This document shows positions 39,694 to 48,414 of a stretch of 64,000 nucleotides of DNA, piece by piece. The stretch comes from Spirochaetales bacterium Spiro_10. Lineage in GTDB: Bacteria > Spirochaetota > Spirochaetia > Treponematales > Treponemataceae. The stretch is from positions 3,364-67,363 of the forward strand of contig LVBL01000017.1 of the NCBI GenBank assembly GCA_001604405.1. The letters are read 5' to 3'. How positions within the stretch are numbered: the first letter of the stretch is position 1; each line of letters opens with the position of its first letter. The notes below the pieces were generated by a model. It ran no database searches, was not told the origin of the DNA, and was given only the letters and a program-made list of their open reading frames with translations. The translations under genes and the position numbers were made by a program.

Positions 39694-40206
39694 ATGAAAA
39701 AACTTGTCGCGTCGCTCGTTATGGCAGCCCTCTGCGTCATGGCACTCGCGGCGGAGGACGCCGCCCTCGGCTTATGGAAGAGCATCGACGAAAAAACGGG
39801 GAAGGTCACCGCCTACTGGCGCGTGTACGAAGCGGACGGGGTCCTGCTCGGGGAGATACTCACCGTGCCGAACCAGTCGGACGAGACGATCGCGAAGGAT
39901 TGCAAGGCCTCCTACAAGGACTTCCCCGTCCCGGGAGAGGTCAACAAGATGACGGTCGTCAAGACGCCGTTTATCTTCGGCCTCAGGAAAAAGGCACCGG
40001 GTCAGTGGGCGAACGGCTCGATCATCGACCCGAAGGACGGCAAGATCTACAAATGCAAGATCACCTTCCACGCGGCCGACGGCAAGGACTACGCCGAGGA
40101 CACCCTCGAGATGCGCGGCGAAATCGGCCTTGGCATCGGACGGAGCCAATACTGGAAACGCACGACCGAGGAAGAAATCCGGGAAAACCGGTTTACGGGC
40201 GCCTGA
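39694..40206 (+). CDS. DUF2147-like secreted protein
   Basis: Signal peptide MKKLVASLVMAALCVMALAA. GLWKSIDEKTGKV...IIDPKDGKIYKCKI...LEMRGEIGLGIGRSQYWKR. AAGGAG SD. Confidence 0.65.
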   Translation: MKKLVASLVMAALCVMALAAEDAALGLWKSIDEKTGKVTAYWRVYEADGVLLGEILTVPNQSDETIAKDCKASYKDFPVPGEVNKMTVVKTPFIFGLRKKAPGQWANGSIIDPKDGKIYKCKITFHAADGKDYAEDTLEMRGEIGLGIGRSQYWKRTTEEEIRENRFTGA

Positions 40207-40256
40207 TCTTCGGATCGCCTACGCGTCGGATCGCCCGGGCTACCCGGGCAACGGCC

Positions 40257-41099
40257 TCATTCTTTTAGCGAACCCATCGTCAGCCCGGAGATGATGAATC
40301 TCGACGCGAAGGCGTACGCGCATATGGCGGGGATGAACGACACGGCTATCCCGAGGTAGATACCGCCGAAATCCACGTTATGGATGTCTGCCTGCAAAAG
40401 CGCGGCTATCATGGGCACGGTAAACAGCTCGCGGTCGCTCAGAAGCATGTACGGCAACATGAAATTGTTCCATGCCCCGAGGAATATGAAAAAAGCCTGC
40501 GTCGCGAGCGCGGGGCCCATGATCGGAAGGATGATCAAGTTGAACGTCCAGAACTCCCCGGCCCCGTCTATCCGGGAGACGTCGGCGAGTTCGCGCACGG
40601 GCAGCGACAGAAGGTATTGCCGTAAAAAGAAGACGACGGCCGGGGACGCGATGGCGGGCACGATAAGCGGGATATACGAGTCAAGCAGGCGCAGGGAGAA
40701 CACCATCCGGAAAAAACCGATGTAGGCCACGGACGTCGGAAGCAGCATGACGAACATGATCAGCCCCCAAAAGGCCCGTCTGCCGCGGAATTGGTACATG
40801 TACACGCCGTACGCCGCCATGGCCGAGGAATAGGTCGCGCACAACGAGGTCAGTGAGGATATGAAAAAACTGTTGAAAAAACCCCGCGGCAGGGAAAACC
40901 CCGTGGAATTGAGAACGCGCCAGTTGTCTCCAAGATGAACGGAGGGAAGGAGGGAAAGGCCCGAGTTGATCTCGGCCGTCGAGCGGGTGATGTTGACCAG
41001 AACCAGGTACACCGGAAGGGCCGCGAGCAGGCCCAGGAAGACCATCACGGCATGAATGACTATCGTTTTTACAGATATATGCCTTTTTTCGCGCGTCAT
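40257..41099 (-). CDS. carbohydrate ABC transporter permease (MalG/BPD inner-membrane component), orphan
   Basis: 280 aa, six TM segments, EAA-like loop DVSRIDGAGEFWTFNLIILP. No partner permease, SBP or ATPase gene adjacent. Confidence 0.8.
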   Translation of the reverse strand: MTREKRHISVKTIVIHAVMVFLGLLAALPVYLVLVNITRSTAEINSGLSLLPSVHLGDNWRVLNSTGFSLPRGFFNSFFISSLTSLCATYSSAMAAYGVYMYQFRGRRAFWGLIMFVMLLPTSVAYIGFFRMVFSLRLLDSYIPLIVPAIASPAVVFFLRQYLLSLPVRELADVSRIDGAGEFWTFNLIILPIMGPALATQAFFIFLGAWNNFMLPYMLLSDRELFTVPMIAALLQADIHNVDFGGIYLGIAVSFIPAICAYAFASRFIISGLTMGSLKE

Positions 41100-41168
41100 A
41101 CCCGGATCCTATCATCATTTATCGTGGTACACTATGCTATATTCGACTTTTTCCTGTACTATACGTTC

Positions 41169-42116
41169 ATGGGCCACGAGGTAGACACTTCGGGTATTTA
41201 CCCAATCCATTCGGCGAACGGGGCTACGGAGACACCGCCCCTCAGTCCCGCCCTCATCACGGCATACTACTTTCGTCCCCTTGACTCCTGGCCCCGCGGC
41301 ATGGCGCTTCAGGAAAGGACGGTGGCCGACTACGAGATCGAGTTCATCATAGATTCGGACGGAGGCGTTCAATCTTTCGACGGAGAACCCGAGCGCGTCG
41401 GCCCGGGAGACGTTATTTTCAGACGTCCGGGAGAAACCACGCGGGGAACCATGAGATACGAATGCATCTGTCTCATTTTCAGCCCGTCGGGGGCGTTGCC
41501 GCGCATGCGGCACTACGACATCAACGGGCCCAAACCGATTCAGAAAACCTTTCCGCACGAGCTGTTCGAGACCTTGCCGCACGTGGTGCCCGACGCGGGA
41601 GACCCCGCTTTTCGCTCGCTCTTCGACCGCCTGTTCCGCTCGTTCGTCAGTCCCCGCCCCCGCGCCGATATCCTTGAACAGGCATTGCTCCTTGAGCTGC
41701 TGTACCGATCGGCCCTTGCCGCGCGGCCGATCGCCCGAAACGGGAGGCGTATCCCCCTTGACGCGAGCGGGAGGACGGGCCGTACGAGCGAACGTCTTTC
41801 GGAAGCGCGCGTCTGGATGGAGACACACTACGCCGATAAAATCACCGTAGCGGATATCGCCGCTCGCGCGGGTCTTTCGGAAAGCCATTTCCGGAGGGCC
41901 TACGAACGGGACTTCTCCCAAACCCCGCTCGAGGCGCTTACGGAAATCAGACTCGAAAAGGCAAAGGACGCGCTTATCATGACAGACAAACCGATCAAGG
42001 CAATCGGTCATGAATGCGGCTACCCCGGCGAACGGTATTTCTACGCCCGGTTCGCGCAATTGACCGGCATGTCTCCCGGTGAATTCCGGAACGCCCACCG
42101 TTTTCCCCTTGCCTGA
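41169..42116 (+). CDS. AraC-family transcriptional regulator (cupin N-terminus plus HTH)
   Basis: C-terminal ITVADIAARAGLSESHFRRAYERDF...IGHECGYPGERYFYARFAQLTGMSPGEFR. Confidence 0.85.
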   Translation: MGHEVDTSGIYPIHSANGATETPPLSPALITAYYFRPLDSWPRGMALQERTVADYEIEFIIDSDGGVQSFDGEPERVGPGDVIFRRPGETTRGTMRYECICLIFSPSGALPRMRHYDINGPKPIQKTFPHELFETLPHVVPDAGDPAFRSLFDRLFRSFVSPRPRADILEQALLLELLYRSALAARPIARNGRRIPLDASGRTGRTSERLSEARVWMETHYADKITVADIAARAGLSESHFRRAYERDFSQTPLEALTEIRLEKAKDALIMTDKPIKAIGHECGYPGERYFYARFAQLTGMSPGEFRNAHRFPLA

Positions 42117-42134
42117 CCGGGACCGGCCGGCGTC

Positions 42135-42163
42135 TTGAAACTGAGGCCCCTCTATGCTATATT
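42135..42163 (+). promoter_or_regulatory. sigma70-type promoter positioned for a leaderless purE transcript
   Basis: TTGAAA (42135-42140), 17 nt spacer, TATATT (42158-42163), then 5 nt to the ATG at 42169. Confidence 0.45.
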
Positions 42164-42168
42164 CAGGC

Positions 42169-42651
42169 ATGAAAGTCGCCATCTTTTTCGGATCCACATC
42201 AGATACAGCAGTAATGAAGAAGGCCGCCGACGTCCTCAGGGATTTCGGAGTGGACTTTTCCGCGTATGCCATATCGGCGCACCGCGCCGGAGAACTTCTC
42301 GCCGAGACGATACGCCTCGTCGAGAAAGAAGGCGCCGAGGTCATCATTGCCGGCGCCGGTCTCGCGGCGCACCTCCCGGGAGTCATCGCCTCCATGACCG
42401 TCCTTCCGGTCATCGGGGTCCCGCTCGACGGCGGCAAGGTCGGGGGCCTCGATTCGCTCCTGTCGATCGTCCAAATGCCGAAGCAGATTCCCGTCGCGAC
42501 CGTCGGGCTCGACAACGCCGCGAACGCGGGATACCTCGCCTGCCAAATTCTCGCCATCAAATATCCCGCGCTCAAGGAAAAGCTCGTTTCGTTCAGGGCG
42601 CGACTGAAGCAGGAAATCGCCGCGGGCGGCGGCATGGGCGTCGCCCTCTAG
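42169..42651 (+). CDS. purE: 5-(carboxyamino)imidazole ribonucleotide mutase
   Basis: MKVAIFFGSTSDTAVMKKAADVL...IIAGAGLAAHLPGVIAS.TVLPVIGVP. The start at MKVAIFF matches the usual PurE N-terminus. Confidence 0.92.
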   Translation: MKVAIFFGSTSDTAVMKKAADVLRDFGVDFSAYAISAHRAGELLAETIRLVEKEGAEVIIAGAGLAAHLPGVIASMTVLPVIGVPLDGGKVGGLDSLLSIVQMPKQIPVATVGLDNAANAGYLACQILAIKYPALKEKLVSFRARLKQEIAAGGGMGVAL

Positions 42652-42711
42652 GCGCATCGGCTACGGAATGGCCGAGCGACCGGGTTTCCGGAACGGCGGC
42701 CATGGGCATAC

Positions 42712-44217
42712 ATGACGAACGGGGAGACCATGGACAGTCATTCGGAAATCGGTGAAGACGACAAGCTTCGGGAATATTGCGGCGTAATCGGGGTGTACCT
42801 TTCGGACCATGAGCCGATCGCGGCCCGCCTCGGGTACTACGGCCTCCAGTCATTGCAGCACCGGGGCCAGGAAAGCACGGGACTCGCGGTCGCGGACGGC
42901 GAGAAGGTCGACCACTTCCGCGAGATGGGCCTCGTCTCCGAGGTCTACAACAAGGAAAACATCGCGGCACTTCGCGGGCATATCGCCATCGGGCACGTCC
43001 TGTACTCGACCTCGGGAAAGGCGACGATAGAGAACGCCCAGCCGTTCGTGTCGCGCTCGAGGCTCGGCACGGTCGCGATCGCCCACAACGGAAGCCTCGT
43101 CAACACGGAGCCGATGAAGGAGTTCCTCGAGGAGACGGGCTCGACCTTCACCTCGTCGAGCGACACCGAGGTCATCATCAAGCTCATCGCGAAGAACTAC
43201 AAGAAGGGCCTCGAGCGGGCCCTGACAGACACCATCCAGCTCATCAAGGGATCCTTCGCCCTCGTCGTCATGACGGAAAAGACGCTCATCGGGGCGCGCG
43301 ACCCGAACGGCATCAGGCCCCTGTGCCTGGGCAAGCTCCAGAACGGATGGGTGCTCGCGAGCGAGTCGTGCGCCATCGACGCTATGGGCGGCGACCTCGT
43401 GCGGGACATCGCGCCCGGGGAGATCGTCATCATCAACGACGACGGCGTGCTCTCCTTCAACTTCGGCGAGAAGACCGCGAAGAAAACGTGCATCTTCGAA
43501 TACGTGTACTTCGCGCGGCCCGACTCCATCATCGACGGCATCGGAGTGCTCGAGGCCAGGCACAAGATGGGCGAGGTGCTCGCGCGCGAATCGGGGATCG
43601 CGGCCGACGTCGTCATCGGCGTGCCGGACTCCGGCCTCGGCGCCGCCATGGGCTACTCGAAGGCCTCGGGCATCCCCTACGCTATGGGCATCGTGAAAAA
43701 CAAGTACATCGGGCGCACCTTCATCGCGCCGAGCCAGGAGGAGCGCGAGGCGATGGTCTTCGTCAAGCTGAACGCCCTCAAGAGCGACGTCGCGGGAAAG
43801 CGGGTCGTCATCATCGACGACTCCATCGTGCGCGGCACGACGAGCCGGCGGCTCATCCAGATACTCAGGAAGGCCGGCGCCCGCGAGGTCCACTTCCGCA
43901 TCTCGAGCCCGCCGGTGAAGTTTCCCTGCTATTTCGGAATCGACACGCCGGCGCGGGCCGAGCTCATATCGGCCCAGCACGAGATCGACGAGATACGCGA
44001 CGCCATCGGCGCCGACTCGCTCGCCTTCATCTCGATGGAAGGGATGATCGACGCCCTCCAGTCCTGCGAGTGGGAAGAAGACGTCCGGCTGGGCGTCGAC
44101 CGCAGCGGCAAGACCGAGAAATCGCACGGCGAGGGAGCGACGAACTGCGGCTACTGCCAGGGCTGCTTCCTCGGCGAATACCCGATGCCGATGATTGGCG
44201 AATTGGGCAAGCGGTAG
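42712..44217 (+). CDS. purF: amidophosphoribosyltransferase
   Basis: Propeptide then CGVIGVY (N-terminal nucleophile Cys). ...DDSIVRGTTS (PRPP loop). C-terminal Cys cluster. Confidence 0.95.
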   Translation: MTNGETMDSHSEIGEDDKLREYCGVIGVYLSDHEPIAARLGYYGLQSLQHRGQESTGLAVADGEKVDHFREMGLVSEVYNKENIAALRGHIAIGHVLYSTSGKATIENAQPFVSRSRLGTVAIAHNGSLVNTEPMKEFLEETGSTFTSSSDTEVIIKLIAKNYKKGLERALTDTIQLIKGSFALVVMTEKTLIGARDPNGIRPLCLGKLQNGWVLASESCAIDAMGGDLVRDIAPGEIVIINDDGVLSFNFGEKTAKKTCIFEYVYFARPDSIIDGIGVLEARHKMGEVLARESGIAADVVIGVPDSGLGAAMGYSKASGIPYAMGIVKNKYIGRTFIAPSQEEREAMVFVKLNALKSDVAGKRVVIIDDSIVRGTTSRRLIQILRKAGAREVHFRISSPPVKFPCYFGIDTPARAELISAQHEIDEIRDAIGADSLAFISMEGMIDALQSCEWEEDVRLGVDRSGKTEKSHGEGATNCGYCQGCFLGEYPMPMIGELGKR

Positions 44218-44233
44218 CTTGCTCAATTCGCTC

Positions 44234-44262
44234 GGAGAATTTCGCGCACCGCGAAATTCTCC
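44234..44262. repeat. perfect 13-bp inverted repeat in the purF-purM gap
   Basis: GGAGAATTTCGCG-CAC-CGCGAAATTCTCC. No T-run follows. Confidence 0.8.
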
Positions 44263-44311
44263 ACGGCTCATTGACCTCACGGCGACAAATGCGGAAAACG
44301 GCAAGGAGAAC

Positions 44312-45343
44312 ATGATGATCGATTACAGGCAATCCGGGGTAGACGTCGAGGAAGGCTACCGCGCGGTGGACAACTATAAGGAAAGCGCGCGGCGCACGAT
44401 GATCCCGGGCGTGCTCAACGGCCTGGGGAGTTTCGCCGGGATGTTCCAGGTTCCGGCGGGATACACGGAGCCGGTCATCGTGTCCGGCACCGACGGCGTC
44501 GGCACCAAGCTCGACGTCGCCTTCGCGCTCAGGAAGTACGACACCGTCGGCATCGACTGCGTCGCGATGTGCGTCAACGACATCCTGTGCCACGGCGCGA
44601 AGCCCCTGTTCTTCCTCGACTACGTCGCGTGCGGCAAGCTCGACGCGAACGTGGCGGGCGATCTCGTCCGCGGCGTATCCGACGGATGCTTACTTTCGGG
44701 CGCGGCGCTCATGGGCGGGGAAACCGCGGAGATGCCCGGCTTCTACGACGCGGGCAAATACGACATCGCCGGCTTCGCGGTCGGCATCGTGGAAAAATCG
44801 AGAATAATCGACGGATCGAAAATACGCGAGGGGGACGTCCTCGTCGGCGTCGCCTCGAGCGGCGTCCACTCGAACGGCTTCAGCCTCGTGCGCAAGCTCG
44901 TCACCGACTACTCCGAGCCCTTCGGCGGAAAGACGATCGGCGAGGTCCTGCTCGAACCGACTAAGATATACGTGAAACCCGTGCTCTCCATTCTCGAGAA
45001 GGTAGACGTCCACGGAATGGTGCATATCACCGGCGGCGGCTTTTACGAGAACGTGCCCCGCATGTATCCGTCCGGCGGCGTTCATGGCGGCGGAAAGGAC
45101 GCGCGGCTCGTGTCGGTAATCAAAAACGGCAGCTGGCCCGTCCCCCCGATCTTCGGCGAGCTCGTCAGGCGGGGCGCCGACCCGTCACGGATGTTCAACA
45201 CCTTCAACATGGGAATCGGTTTCGTGATCGCCCTCGCCAAGGAGGACGCGCCCGCGGCCATCGCCTCGCTCGGGGCCGACGGCTTCCCCGCCTACGCGAT
45301 AGGCCGCGTCGCCTCGGGAACCGAGGATGTCGTCTTTGAGTGA
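44312..45343 (+). CDS. purM: phosphoribosylformylglycinamidine cyclo-ligase
   Basis: MMIDYRQSGVDVEEGYRAV...GTDGVGTKL...FLDY.A. AAGGAGA SD. Confidence 0.95.
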   Translation: MMIDYRQSGVDVEEGYRAVDNYKESARRTMIPGVLNGLGSFAGMFQVPAGYTEPVIVSGTDGVGTKLDVAFALRKYDTVGIDCVAMCVNDILCHGAKPLFFLDYVACGKLDANVAGDLVRGVSDGCLLSGAALMGGETAEMPGFYDAGKYDIAGFAVGIVEKSRIIDGSKIREGDVLVGVASSGVHSNGFSLVRKLVTDYSEPFGGKTIGEVLLEPTKIYVKPVLSILEKVDVHGMVHITGGGFYENVPRMYPSGGVHGGGKDARLVSVIKNGSWPVPPIFGELVRRGADPSRMFNTFNMGIGFVIALAKEDAPAAIASLGADGFPAYAIGRVASGTEDVVFE

Positions 45344-46292
45344 GCCCGAAGGAATGGCTGAGCGACTCGTAAGCGAGCCGGTAACTGCCGTCCCGGGCAC
45401 GCACAACGCCTCTTCAATGGCGTCGGGCGAACCGGGAGTCCCGATGGCCTTCGTCTGGCGCGGACGCGAGTATCGCGTGTCGCGCGTCCTTTCGTCCGAC
45501 AAGACCCTCAGGCCCTGCAGAAACGGCTCCGGGGAGTCCTACGTCGACAAACACCTGCATACGGTCGAGACCGAATCGGGCGAGATCATGACGCTCTACC
45601 GGAAGCGGACGGGTTCCGCCTCCGACTCGTGGATACTCTATACGACGCGCATGACGAAAGCCCGCGCTCCCATCAGGATCGCCGTGCTCGTCTCGGGCGG
45701 CGGCAGCAACCTCCAGGCGCTTATCGACGCCGCCGAACGCGACAGAGAGGCGGCCCGCTACGAGATCGCGCTCGTCGTGGCGGACCGCGAGGGAACCGGG
45801 GCGGTAGAGCGCGCCGGGCGCCACGGGATACCGACGGCCCTCGCCCTGCCTCCCGCGGGAATGCCGCGGCCCCAGGCGCGCGAAGCGGTCTCGAACGAAG
45901 TGCTCCGTCTCGCGCGGCAGGCCGACGTCGAGGCGCTCGTTCTCGCGGGCTTTCTCACGATCTTCTCGGGCGAGCTGATCGACGCCTTCTCCGGCCGGAT
46001 CGTCAACATCCACCCCGCGCTCCTGCCGAAATTCGGCGGGAAGGGAATGTGGGGACATCACGTGCACGAGGCGGTGCTCGCGGCCGGCGAGAGCGAATCC
46101 GGCTGTACCGTCCACCTCGTCGATGCAGGCTGCGACACGGGACCCGTCCTCCTGCAAAAACGGGTTCCGGTCCTTCCCGGGGACACGGCCGACTCGCTCG
46201 CCGCGCGCGTCCTGCTCGCCGAGCACCGGGCCATCGTGGAGGGGGTAAACGCCCTCCATGACCTGCTCCGCGCCGAGAGGCCGGCGGACTAG
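45327..46292 (+). CDS. purN: phosphoribosylglycinamide formyltransferase with an in-frame ~107-aa N-terminal extension (start codon uncertain)
   Basis: The PurN core starts near MTKARAPIRIAVLVSGGGSNLQALID (45648) and includes NIHPALLPKFGG. There is no stop between 45327 and 45648 in this frame. The extension contains FVWRGREYRVSRVL... Confidence 0.85.
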   Translation: MSSLSEPEGMAERLVSEPVTAVPGTHNASSMASGEPGVPMAFVWRGREYRVSRVLSSDKTLRPCRNGSGESYVDKHLHTVETESGEIMTLYRKRTGSASDSWILYTTRMTKARAPIRIAVLVSGGGSNLQALIDAAERDREAARYEIALVVADREGTGAVERAGRHGIPTALALPPAGMPRPQAREAVSNEVLRLARQADVEALVLAGFLTIFSGELIDAFSGRIVNIHPALLPKFGGKGMWGHHVHEAVLAAGESESGCTVHLVDAGCDTGPVLLQKRVPVLPGDTADSLAARVLLAEHRAIVEGVNALHDLLRAERPAD

Positions 46293-46294
46293 CC

Positions 46295-47119
46295 GTGCGG
46301 TTCGCGCTTTCCTTCCTGAAGGGGGTGCTCATCGGAGCCGGCGCCATCCTGCCCGGGCTTTCGGGGGCCTCGCTCGCCGTCGCGCTCGGCGTGTACGAGG
46401 ACCTCACGATCCTGGTCGGGCATCCGGTTACCGGACTCCGCTCGTTCGCCAAAAAAAATCCACTGCTGCTCGCCGGCGCCGCGGCCGGCTTCGTGGCGAT
46501 GTCCCGGGTCCTTTCCACGCTCTTTGCCGGCTACACGACGGAGATCCTCTACGCCTTCTCGGGGTTCATCGCCGGAACCGTTCCCGGGCTCTGGCGCCGG
46601 GCGCGCGCGAACGGGGCGGGCGCGCGGGAATACGCGGTCTTCGGACTGTCCTTCGCCGCCATATTCGCGCTCGCGCTCTGGACACGGTCGGCGGACCCGC
46701 TTCGGACCATGGCATCCGCCGGCGCGGACGGCACGGAAGGGATCCTGTCGCCCGTATGGGCCGTATCTGGGGCCATCGTCGGCGCGGGTTCCCTCCTTCC
46801 GGGAATCAGCGCGTCCTTTTTCCTCGTGTACCTCGGCTGGTACGACGATCTCATCGCCGCGGTAAGCAGGATATCGATACCGGCGCTCGCCCAGGTCGGC
46901 GCGGGCGCCGCCCTCACACTATTCGCGCTTTCGCGGGTAGCCTCCTGGCTCTACCGGAGGTTTTGCGGCGCGACCTCCTTCGCCGTGGCCGGAATCACCC
47001 TCGGATCCCTCGCCCTCGTCCTCCCCTCGCCGTTCGCGGCGCCCCGCCTCCTTCTCAGCTCGGCCCTTTTCGCGCTCGGCCTCGCGGCGGCCTTCGCGGC
47101 CGACGCGGCAAAGCTATAA
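46295..47119 (+). CDS. DUF368-family membrane protein (family recently linked to undecaprenyl-phosphate recycling)
   Basis: GTG start 2 nt after the purN stop. FLKGVLIGAGAILPGLSGASLAVALGVY and a second SLLPGISASFFLVYLG repeat. Confidence 0.75.
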   Translation: MRFALSFLKGVLIGAGAILPGLSGASLAVALGVYEDLTILVGHPVTGLRSFAKKNPLLLAGAAAGFVAMSRVLSTLFAGYTTEILYAFSGFIAGTVPGLWRRARANGAGAREYAVFGLSFAAIFALALWTRSADPLRTMASAGADGTEGILSPVWAVSGAIVGAGSLLPGISASFFLVYLGWYDDLIAAVSRISIPALAQVGAGAALTLFALSRVASWLYRRFCGATSFAVAGITLGSLALVLPSPFAAPRLLLSSALFALGLAAAFAADAAKL

Positions 47120-47137
47120 CGGACTGGCCCTTCCAGC

Positions 47138-47166
47138 TTGCAATTCCGATTTCCGTGTGCTATTGT
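47138..47166 (+). promoter_or_regulatory. sigma70-type promoter of corA
   Basis: TTGCAA (47138-47143), 17 nt spacer, TATTGT (47161-47166). Confidence 0.45.
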
Positions 47167-47172
47167 CGACCC

Positions 47173-47341
47173 ATACCCACCGAAGGAGGCAGTGTCCATG
47201 GATACGGAACCTGGCAGTAGTAGACCCGGCAGCCATACCCGACCAGCAAAGCCTCCGCGAACGACGCGTCGCCCCCGGTAACCGCAGGACGAAACGACAA
47301 ACCCGCCGAGGCCACCATGCCGCATTACGGAGGGCGTTTCG
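47173..47341 (+). promoter_or_regulatory. ~170-nt structured corA leader (possible metal-sensing RNA; class unresolved)
   Basis: GGAGGC...GCCUCC encloses CAUGGAUACGG and CUGGCAG...CCGGCAGCCAUACC. A distal CGAAACG...CGUUUCG stem abuts the GGAGGG SD and ATG. Confidence 0.3.
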
Positions 47342-48337
47342 ATGATAACGATCTGGAAACAGGAAAACAGGAAACTCGTCGAGGGTACGCGCGAGGACAG
47401 CCCCATCTGGGTCGACGCGCGCAACGTGACGCGCGAGGACATCCGGACGCTCGAGACGGAGTACCAGATAGAAACCGAGATCATCATGGACATCCTCGAC
47501 CAGGACGAGCTTTCGCGCATCGACCGAGAGGACGCCTATACCCTGATCATCGTCCGTCTGCCGATATTCATCGCTGCGAACGAGGTCAGCTACTTCACGA
47601 TACCGCTCGGCATCCTCATCTTCCCGAACATGATACTGACCATATGCTGGGCCGACTGCGAGGTCCTGCACGACATAACCAACAACCGCGTGCGGGGGAT
47701 CACCCTCGGAGACCTTCCCGCCTTCGTGATCCGGGTGCTCGCCCGGGCCGACCTCATCTACCTTCGGTACCTCAAGGAGATCAACCGCAGGTCGAACTCG
47801 ATCGAGCTCGAGCTCCAGAAGTCGGTCAAGAACCTCGAACTCATCCAGCTCCTGAACCTCGAGAAGTCGCTCGTGTACTTCACGACCTCCCTCAAGGGAA
47901 ACCAGCTCCTCTTCGAGAAGCTCATGAAAACGCGCCTCATCCAGCTCGACGAGGAGGACCGCGACTGGCTCGAGGACGTCGCGACCGACAACCGCCAGGC
48001 GATCGAGATGGCGGACATCTACAGCAACATCCTCTCGGGGATGATGGACGCCTTCGCCTCGGTCATTTCCAACAACCTCAGCATCGTGATGAAGCGGCTC
48101 ACGGTCATATCCCTCGTGCTCATGATCCCGACGATGATCACGAGCCTTTTCGGGATGAACATACCCCTGCCCTTCGGGAACCTTCCCGGCTATGCGGGCC
48201 TCTCGATCGTCCTCGGGGTCTGTCTCGTATCCTCCCTCGTCGCGATGGTCCTGCTCGGGGACAAGCGTCCCAAGCGGCCGCGCCTCGACCCCGTCGAGCG
48301 GAAAAAACTCAGGCGAAAAAACAGGGCGGTAGAGTAG
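47342..48337 (+). CDS. corA: CorA-family magnesium/cobalt transporter
   Basis: 331 aa with a C-terminal TM pair and the signature LFGMNIPLP (GMN). Confidence 0.92.
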   Translation: MITIWKQENRKLVEGTREDSPIWVDARNVTREDIRTLETEYQIETEIIMDILDQDELSRIDREDAYTLIIVRLPIFIAANEVSYFTIPLGILIFPNMILTICWADCEVLHDITNNRVRGITLGDLPAFVIRVLARADLIYLRYLKEINRRSNSIELELQKSVKNLELIQLLNLEKSLVYFTTSLKGNQLLFEKLMKTRLIQLDEEDRDWLEDVATDNRQAIEMADIYSNILSGMMDAFASVISNNLSIVMKRLTVISLVLMIPTMITSLFGMNIPLPFGNLPGYAGLSIVLGVCLVSSLVAMVLLGDKRPKRPRLDPVERKKLRRKNRAVE

Positions 48338-48379
48338 GACATTCGGCCGGACAAGTCGCGCTCGACGCGCCGGTCGCGC

Positions 48380-48408
48380 TTGACGGATGCCGAAAACCGG
48401 ACTATCAT
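48380..48408 (+). promoter_or_regulatory. sigma70-type promoter in the corA / ABC-F intergenic region
   Basis: TTGACG (48380-48385), 17 nt spacer, TATCAT (48403-48408), then 6 nt to the ATG at 48415. Confidence 0.5.
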
Positions 48409-48414
48409 TGCTCC

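Noticed and set aside
42117-42168. Purine or ZTP riboswitch upstream of purE, and likewise upstream of purH (51918-52047)
   Set aside because: The gaps are too short (about 50 and 130 nt) and contain no purine-riboswitch or CCUGGGCA-type conserved boxes. Only promoters and, at purH, a short inverted repeat are present.
47173-47341. Calling the corA leader a bona fide M-box riboswitch
   Set aside because: The similarity is limited to short strings, and the element is roughly half the length of a canonical M-box. I kept it as an unresolved structured leader rather than assigning the family.
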